The position numbers and the translations under genes were made by a program. The notes below the pieces were generated by a model that saw only the letters and a program-made list of their open reading frames with translations, did no database searches and was not told the origin of the DNA. 64,000 nt of DNA from an uncultured Spirochaetales bacterium (GTDB lineage: Bacteria; UBP6; UBA1177): positions 604,794-668,793 of the forward strand of contig CACYHH010000001.1 of assembly GCA_902774115.1 (NCBI GenBank). Reading direction: 5' to 3'. This document shows, one piece after another, positions 58,039-64,000 of the stretch (positions are counted from its first letter, which is position 1; each line of letters opens with the position of its first letter).

Positions 58039-58093
58039 GCGAAATCAGAAAAAAACAGGTATTCGTCTAAGGTCGCAAATTGCGACTTTGAAC
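58039..58093 (+). repeat. 55-bp repeat with hairpin, copy 2 (no associated gene)
   Basis: 49 of 55 nt match copy 1. The stop TAG is changed to CAG. The stem change A..T to G..C is compensatory. Confidence 0.85.
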
Positions 58094-58193
58094 AGATATC
58101 CAAATAAATTTAGATGGTTATTGTTTAAATTCAAGAGTTCGGCTTTCGTTGGATTTGATTCAATGAGTGGGATTGTTGGGTTTGTTCCAGAAC

Positions 58194-59126
58194 TTATTTT
58201 TTAATCCCAGATTTATAAAAGAGTTCTTCAATAATAGCTCGATATTTAAGTATATGAGGTTCTAAATCTCCTTTAGTGCAGCTATACCAAATTTTATGTG
58301 CAGAATAATTACCCAAATCTTTAAAATGTCTCATGTCGTTTTTTGTGCTTAACGAGAGAGCTAATTTTGAATTATTAACTGCATTTTTTATCATAGAGTC
58401 AAGCGGAACATGATGTTTTCCATCACTGGCCATTATTTCATTCTCAATGTTAGCTTTTTGATAAGATAAAACTAGCAAAATTTCTAGTAAATGGCGCATC
58501 ATTACTGCCGTGCAATCGTAAAGATTATTTTCGTAACTTGCATTGATTTGTTTACAAATGGAACCAAAACTATGTGGCAGTTCCACAAAAAGTCCTTCTG
58601 GTAAAATCGTTCCGGATTGCTTGATAGTTCTATTATCGTTTTTTATCGACTTCTTAATCTTATTATTAAATTTTTTAATTTTTTTGAACCATGTAGACCA
58701 CTCTACATTTCTCGTCTCGGTCAAAGTTTCCTCTAGAAATTCTTTTACTATTCTTTCGTTTGACCATCTTAATGACTTCAATCCCTTGACGCAAGCCTGT
58801 AACAAAACACAAGCTTCTTGCGAGTCCCACTCCATAACATATTTTTTTCCCATATTATCTATATGAACAATCTTTTGCTCAATTAGCGGAAGAGATTTAT
58901 TATGAGCGATGCTATCGATTTTTTTTAAGAATCGTTGTATTGACGCTTCGATTACTTGCCCATTCTCATCATATTCAAGATATTTTGTAGCATCATCAAT
59001 GCTGTTTACAAGCAATCTATAAGAATATTGCCGAGACAACTGATCCAAAAAGTCACGGTCCTTGTCTTTAAGTAAAAAAGGTTTGATTTTATCTTTGACT
59101 ATTGTTTCAACTTTCTTTCGCGCCAT
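58194..59126 (-). CDS. hypothetical protein with C-terminal DUF4145-like (HEPN-like helical) domain
   Basis: 310 aa with a GGAGGTG RBS, 27 nt after the upstream gene. C-terminus CTAVMMRHLLEILL ... MRHFKDLGNYSAHK fits the R..GN..aH core of DUF4145. Confidence 0.6.
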   Translation of the reverse strand: MARKKVETIVKDKIKPFLLKDKDRDFLDQLSRQYSYRLLVNSIDDATKYLEYDENGQVIEASIQRFLKKIDSIAHNKSLPLIEQKIVHIDNMGKKYVMEWDSQEACVLLQACVKGLKSLRWSNERIVKEFLEETLTETRNVEWSTWFKKIKKFNNKIKKSIKNDNRTIKQSGTILPEGLFVELPHSFGSICKQINASYENNLYDCTAVMMRHLLEILLVLSYQKANIENEIMASDGKHHVPLDSMIKNAVNNSKLALSLSTKNDMRHFKDLGNYSAHKIWYSCTKGDLEPHILKYRAIIEELFYKSGIKK

Positions 59127-59153
59127 GCAAGTACACCTCCGTAATTATTTACC

Positions 59154-60056
59154 TCAAAACAATCCTTGTATTTTCGATTGAATTAGTGCGGCTGTAATAC
59201 CAGCTCCGACTCCAATCAGATAGTCTTTCAAATCTAAAAGTGCAGATTTCACAATATTCTGCTTTTCATGCTGCGACACTTTTTCTTTGATCTCTGCTAT
59301 CATTTTCATAATAGTTTCTTTATCTTCAGACAAAATATTTTCGCTGTTTAAAGAAGACTCTATTTCAGACAGTGCTTTATTCGCTTTTTCAATAGTGTAT
59401 TGAATCTTGTTCTCATCGCCTGCAACAAATACAGAGTCTTGGACATTACCATTGATAACATTTGTATTACCATAATTATTGTAATTAATTATCTGCTGAG
59501 GAATCCGTTTCGCCGCTTCTTTTTCTTCAGAATTAAATTGCATTTCTTCTCCCAATATTCCTTCTTTTTCAAGTTTAATTGTCCATTCCAATATTGTGTT
59601 TTTCACCTGTTCAATTATTGACTTTATTTGATGTGTGCTGCAATGAAGGCAAAATTGCGTCGGCCTTTGGCACTTACACAGAGAATTTAACATTGAGTTT
59701 TCTTTAGCAGAATAATAAATTTCAAACATATCAGAATTTTTATCAAGTCCAATCAGATCACCAAGTGACTCTGTCATTTTATAATTACAGAATTTATCTT
59801 CTGTTATTTTTTTATCTATAACAACCTGAACCCATTCACTATGAAGATTCAATCCTTTCACTATCCCCTTTACCAATCGATATTCAGGAACTAGACAATC
59901 TTTGTTTGTATAACCATACAATTCTGACTGAATCCATTCATCGAATTGTTCAAAATTAAGTTTTGCAGCAATAAGATGCGCTTTTCTTAAAAGATTTAAA
60001 ACATCGCAATCTTCCTTCATCACTTCTTTTTGAAGTTCCAAAACTAGGCTGCCCAT
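59154..60056 (-). CDS. AbiTii-like N-terminal domain protein with coiled coil and C-terminal Gly-rich hydrophobic helix
   Basis: SLVLELQKEVMKEDCDVLNLLRKAHLIAAKLNFEQFDEWIQSELYGYTN..VPEYRLV matches the AbiTii-domain pattern as I remember it. The tail is YLIGVGAGITAALIQSKIQGLF. Confidence 0.65.
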   Translation of the reverse strand: MGSLVLELQKEVMKEDCDVLNLLRKAHLIAAKLNFEQFDEWIQSELYGYTNKDCLVPEYRLVKGIVKGLNLHSEWVQVVIDKKITEDKFCNYKMTESLGDLIGLDKNSDMFEIYYSAKENSMLNSLCKCQRPTQFCLHCSTHQIKSIIEQVKNTILEWTIKLEKEGILGEEMQFNSEEKEAAKRIPQQIINYNNYGNTNVINGNVQDSVFVAGDENKIQYTIEKANKALSEIESSLNSENILSEDKETIMKMIAEIKEKVSQHEKQNIVKSALLDLKDYLIGVGAGITAALIQSKIQGLF

Positions 60057-60426
60057 TTTTCATCTCCTTCAATCAATCCTACACCTTTCCTATCCTTCAA
60101 TTCCAACATCCGACCTCCAATGCGAATCAAATTGCGTTAGTTTACATAATTAGGAAGAAAAGTCAATAGTTTTTTTCAAGATATTGTGGGAAAAAGTTGA
60201 TGTAAACACAATATGCTGTTGATCGTTAAATTTTAGAGGCTGTTTCACAACAAACGGTTGATTTTTGAACAGTTTTCTTGAGGGTTTTGATGCTTTTGTT
60301 CAATGTTTTTAAGAACACATCTTTTAACAGACTGAAATCATTAAATATTTTCATCAACCATTTGTTGGTAAAGAGCCATTTTAGAACGTCTTTATTAACA
60401 TCAATAAAATGGTTGGGCAATGCTAT

Positions 60427-61323
60427 TTACCGGACGCAACAAACAGCACTTCTAGAATATTTTTTTGGAGATAAATAAAAGATTCCGGTGTGTAAAAATA
60501 TCCTGTAAGCACCCCCGTCATTTGATGTTTCTGATGACCAAAAAGAAATTTCATTATAAGGATATTGTATTCCACAGATATATCTTATTTTATATATTAT
60601 TTCGGATTCATCTTTCGTTGGAAAATGCCAATCACTATAACCGCCCAAATTAAGATTTTTTGCATATTCCATCGCTTCATCCCATTCCATACTATTTCCT
60701 ATATTTTTTTGAATCATTCTTATTGTACCGATCGGTTTTCGGAATTTTATGTAATTGCCGCAATCAATAAAATTATCATTTAATTCTTGTGCAGAAGTCC
60801 ATCCTACATCTTTCAAAAACATGCTTACAAACGCAAGCTTCTCTTGCAATCTTTCTTGTTTTCCTTGTTCCGTTACTCTTACGCAGCGTAAATTTATACG
60901 ATCAGTTACTCTTCTATCTGGAAGAGTTACACCACCTAATTGTAATTGATCTTCCTCATCATTTATTAGAAATGACATTTCCCAAAAAACCATATCTTTG
61001 TTTTTAAATGAATAAGGAGCTAAAGTAGACGACCAAAAAAATTCGTCACTTGCCTTAAATCCGTAAACATCCTGAATTTTATACATTATCCACAATTCTT
61101 CTTTTGTCGGGATGCTCCAATCATTATAACCGCCTAAATTAAGATTTTTTGCATATTCATTAGCCTCCCACCAATTTAAAGGCTTGTCAGAAAATCCTTT
61201 CTGAATCATTAGAATATTACCAAAAGGAACATGGAATTCTATATAGCTTCCATGATCAACAGCGAGCTTTTTAAATTTTCTGCGTTCAAAAAAATTAAAA
61301 ATACCTGACATTTTTTCCTCCAT
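60427..61323 (-). CDS. tandem DUF1566 (Lcl C-terminal-like) domain protein without signal peptide
   Basis: Two copies of MIQK....W.EA.EYAKNLNLGGY.DW..PTK.E. The N-terminus MEEKMSGIFNFFERRKFKK is not hydrophobic. Confidence 0.65.
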   Translation of the reverse strand: MEEKMSGIFNFFERRKFKKLAVDHGSYIEFHVPFGNILMIQKGFSDKPLNWWEANEYAKNLNLGGYNDWSIPTKEELWIMYKIQDVYGFKASDEFFWSSTLAPYSFKNKDMVFWEMSFLINDEEDQLQLGGVTLPDRRVTDRINLRCVRVTEQGKQERLQEKLAFVSMFLKDVGWTSAQELNDNFIDCGNYIKFRKPIGTIRMIQKNIGNSMEWDEAMEYAKNLNLGGYSDWHFPTKDESEIIYKIRYICGIQYPYNEISFWSSETSNDGGAYRIFLHTGIFYLSPKKYSRSAVCCVR

Positions 61324-61527
61324 TTAAGTTATATATTTGCACCTTGTTTTTCATCCATCCAAACTTCAAAGAACCCGCAAAAGATTTTCAATTTTACTCA
61401 TCAACTCCGGCATATAGTGCCTGAGATGAAATTTTTGTTCGTATTTTGAAGCAAAAACGACAAAAAAAACGAAAAATTATAGAGAAAAGATGTGATTGTG
61501 CAAGTTAAAGCCCCGCTCCAACACAAA

Positions 61528-61575
61528 TATTTGGCAGTCACTGATTGCCAAATTGTGCAGACGCGTCTGCACAAT
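61528..61575. repeat. two intergenic palindromes of the same family as those in the yhcG-like ORF
   Basis: ATTTGGCAGTCAcTGATTGCCAAAT (61528-52) and the perfect AATTGTGCAGACG|CGTCTGCACAATT (61550-75). Confidence 0.85.
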
Positions 61576-61672
61576 TAGAATCGACTGCTACCAGCTTGAT
61601 GCCCGGTTTTCTAAACTAATCGGCATTTGAACTCGTCCCATGCCGAGACTGTGCAAAAAAATGGCAAGGTTT

Positions 61673-63235
61673 TTATTCGTCTGATTTTTGCGTATTATTT
61701 ACTTCCCAATGACCGCCGTTTGATTCACCTTTTCTTTGTATTCTGCCTGTTTCTTTAAGTTTTTTGATAGCTATTTCAGTTTGTTTTTTTGTTATATTCA
61801 AAGATGTCATTATCTCTGGTATTGTTATATCATTTTTTGAGGAAATAAGCAGAAGAACAGCGTCCATTCTCTGTAGGATCTCATCATTTTTCTTAAGCCC
61901 TTTTTTATCGCCTTTTTTATCGCCTTTTTCAGAAAGGAGATAACTTTCATCTTCTGTCACATCGTCAAAACCCTCTTTTACAAACAGTCTTGTCACAAAA
62001 TAACTGTGGTCGGCATCAGTGATAAATTCGGGCAACGGAGATCCGTTCTTTTCCAACGCCCTCAATATTTTTCCAAAACCTGTATTTCTTCCCTCTGTCA
62101 AATGAAGTTCTTTCAGGTAGTCGCCTATGCGTCTGTTGCGGTATCTTCTTGCGCAGACAGAAAAAGTTTTCAATGCATCGACTGTCACAGATCTGTCAGG
62201 TCCGGGAAAACTCAATATTTCTATTTTTTCTCTGGTAACACGCACTTCTATCGGCTCTCGGATGTCGTAAGCCTTGTGATAAACAGCGTTGGCAAGACTT
62301 TCTTCTATCGCCGCGTAAGGAAAATTATAGAATCTGTCTGCTTCGGCACGATCCGGATGTTTCACTATTTTTTCTTTGATAACATTGTTCCGGATATATC
62401 TTAGCGCATCCCGCAGCTGCTGATGCAACGGACCTCTGAATATTGTTTCAACGATATCGTCGCCTCCGACACCGTCAGGAAATTCAACTATATCAATCTG
62501 GGTGCACGGTATATACTTTTCGGGTTCCATGCTGAAAAAAAGAAGCCCGACATTTTTCGGTTTCATATACTCCGGCATCGAATTGGATATATCCATTTTC
62601 ATGCACAGCTGATTAAAATCCATTTTATCGACATCGTTGACTAAATCACTCCCGATTTCTTTCAGGTAAGCCTTGATCAGAGTGATATTCAGATCGGTCA
62701 TGTCGGCTTTGTGGCATATCCGGTCGTCGAACGGAATCTGATTCGACAAGGAAAAAAGTTCTGTCGTTTCTTGTTCGGAAGGACGCACCGTGCTTGCCAT
62801 CTTTCTTATCCAGTAAACCGTTTCCTTTGAGTGCTTTGCCGTTCCTTTGTCATAACTAAAATCCGCCGGAGAGCGGTAAGGTCTCAAAACTCCGCCCGGA
62901 CACCATATAACGATCAGTTTTGTGTGATCATCATAATCAACAGGTTCAACTATCGGCAGATAATCGGGGCTGATAAGTTTGCACTTGTTGAGCAAATCCT
63001 TCATAATATTGTCGATTTCAGACAAATTCAGTCCTTTAACCGGATATTTCGGAATTCCGTTTTCTTCCTCTACACCAAGAATAATGTAGCCGCCGCCCCA
63101 GTTATCCAAATCATTGGCAAAAGCGGTAATTGTTTTGAGTGACGCTTCTGGTTTCCATGATTCCTTGAATTCTATTCTTGCCCATTCAACAACATTTCCC
63201 GAAAGCAAGGTGTGAATATTTGTCGGTAATGCCAT
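61673..63235 (-). CDS. AlbA_2 (Schlafen-like) / HATPase_c_4 domain protein with C-terminal wHTH (often mis-annotated as RecG-like)
   Basis: EWARIEFKESWKPEASLKTITAFANDLDNWGGGYIILGVEE is the AlbA_2 core. ANAVYHKAYD is present. C-terminal HTH is ITIPEIMTSLNITKKQTEIAIKKLKETGRIQRKG. GGAGAA RBS precedes the ATG at 63235. Confidence 0.75.
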   Translation of the reverse strand: MALPTNIHTLLSGNVVEWARIEFKESWKPEASLKTITAFANDLDNWGGGYIILGVEEENGIPKYPVKGLNLSEIDNIMKDLLNKCKLISPDYLPIVEPVDYDDHTKLIVIWCPGGVLRPYRSPADFSYDKGTAKHSKETVYWIRKMASTVRPSEQETTELFSLSNQIPFDDRICHKADMTDLNITLIKAYLKEIGSDLVNDVDKMDFNQLCMKMDISNSMPEYMKPKNVGLLFFSMEPEKYIPCTQIDIVEFPDGVGGDDIVETIFRGPLHQQLRDALRYIRNNVIKEKIVKHPDRAEADRFYNFPYAAIEESLANAVYHKAYDIREPIEVRVTREKIEILSFPGPDRSVTVDALKTFSVCARRYRNRRIGDYLKELHLTEGRNTGFGKILRALEKNGSPLPEFITDADHSYFVTRLFVKEGFDDVTEDESYLLSEKGDKKGDKKGLKKNDEILQRMDAVLLLISSKNDITIPEIMTSLNITKKQTEIAIKKLKETGRIQRKGESNGGHWEVNNTQKSDE

Positions 63236-63474
63236 ATATTTTCTCCACATTAACAAACCGTCAAATTTAATACTAAAAATTTTAATTATAAAATCAATAA
63301 AAAATTATTATTGCAAAATTTATTGATAATTTCTAAAATTTAATCGCAACAATATTGTCAAAAAACTTGTTTTTAGTTTTTGAAAATGGAAAACGGATAG
63401 CAATCCAGTATCTGCCAACCCGCCCCCCCTACAAAGCAGCAAATTCATAACCTGAAAAATTCTGAAAATTTTTG

Positions 63475-63528
63475 TTGACAATTAGCATAAGCTAAATATT
63501 TTTCTAAAAGGCTAATTTGATTTTAGCC
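63475..63528 (+). promoter_or_regulatory. promoter with TTAGC-N4-GCTAA palindrome plus inverted GGCTAA-N7-TTAGCC upstream of the ybaN-like gene
   Basis: TTGACA (63475-80). TTAGCATAAGCTAA lies at 63482-95 and GGCTAATTTGATTTTAGCC at 63510-28. Confidence 0.45.
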
Positions 63529-63560
63529 AGCAAATCGTTTTTTGACGTGCGGAGGCTGCT

Positions 63561-63950
63561 TTGAAAAGAAGGATCTACATAGTTCTCGGTTTTGTTTTTG
63601 TTACACTGGCTTCGGTTGGAGTTTTTCTGCCGCTGCTTCCGACTGTGCCGTTTTTACTACTTGCGGCGTGGTTTTTCGCCGGTTCTTCCGAAAAATTCCA
63701 CAAATGGCTGCTCAATCACAGGATCTTCGGCGAATATATCCGCAACTACAAAGAGAAAAAAGGGATGCTTCTGCGTCATAAAATCCAGAGTCTTGCCCTT
63801 CTCTGGGCCGGGATCGGATATACTTTCTTCTTCGCTATGAAAGATCTCGATCCGAACAAACTTTTCTACATCAGAATTTTCCTCGCCGTCGTTCTTATCG
63901 GTGTCACCACTCACCTTCTCATGCTTAAAACGGTAAAAAATGATAAATAA
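63561..63950 (+). CDS. ybaN: YbaN family (DUF454) inner-membrane protein
   Basis: TTG start after GGAGG. Contains GVFLPLLPTVPFLLLAAWFFAGSSEKFHKWLLNHRIFGEYIRNY. Confidence 0.85.
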   Translation: MKRRIYIVLGFVFVTLASVGVFLPLLPTVPFLLLAAWFFAGSSEKFHKWLLNHRIFGEYIRNYKEKKGMLLRHKIQSLALLWAGIGYTFFFAMKDLDPNKLFYIRIFLAVVLIGVTTHLLMLKTVKNDK

Positions 63951-64000
63951 AAAACTTCTGAAATATGCGGCAAAAGTAAAATCGGAGCTTTGCATTGCCG

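Noticed and set aside
57947-58204. 85-aa plus-strand ORF in the spacer between the TA cassette and the Abi-like operon.
   Set aside because: It runs through two palindromes and the orphan 55-bp repeat and has no RBS. It overlaps the 3' end of the minus-strand gene and is more likely non-coding.
60226-60420. 64-aa minus-strand ORF in the 370-bp spacer upstream of the DUF1566 gene stop.
   Set aside because: It has no RBS and no motif, and such an ORF is expected by chance in an AT-rich region. It could be a small gene, but I cannot support it.

Overview
This is a 64-kb chromosomal segment of an anaerobic diderm bacterium. Lipobox style (FVSCG, LTACSG), RNase HIII, a mixed-signature PFK, Feo and acetate kinase make me guess Spirochaetota/Treponema-like or Fibrobacterota-like, but that cannot be proven from this window. 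I count about 50 credible CDS and one tRNA-Ala(CGC). Layout: (i) 1-3.7 kb holds repeat-bounded accessory cassettes (Fic, SpoT-like HD hydrolase, AAA/DUF4143 ATPase) stacked against the 3' end of comM. (ii) 3.7-32.7 kb is mostly housekeeping (comM, mlaE-like, ispA, thiE, pfk, argF, PBP4, MATE, ackA, rnhC, pruA plus a second ALDH), mixed with unknown envelope genes. (iii) 26-46 kb is a cell-surface block. It has a 1050-aa amidase-like protein, a 1083-aa adhesin-like protein and five tandem paralogous lipoproteins with Cys-knot motifs, in-frame 18/21-bp tandem repeats and unusual Cys-containing C-terminal tails. (iv) 46-56.6 kb is a metal block (feoA-feoA-feoB-Cys-rich/HMA fusion, ArsR plus P1B ATPase, porin-like OMP) interrupted by a YhcG-nuclease insert. 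Several of its promoters share a TTAGC-N4-GCTAA palindrome. (v) 56.6-63.3 kb is a low-GC accessory, defence-like island. It has a PIN-DinJ cassette flanked by direct repeats and covarying hairpins, a two-gene AbiTii-like/DUF4145-like candidate abortive-infection module, a cytoplasmic tandem-DUF1566 protein and an AlbA_2/Schlafen-like ATPase. I saw no CRISPR array, rRNA, transposase or recombinase gene. All family assignments come from motif recognition by eye, not from searches.
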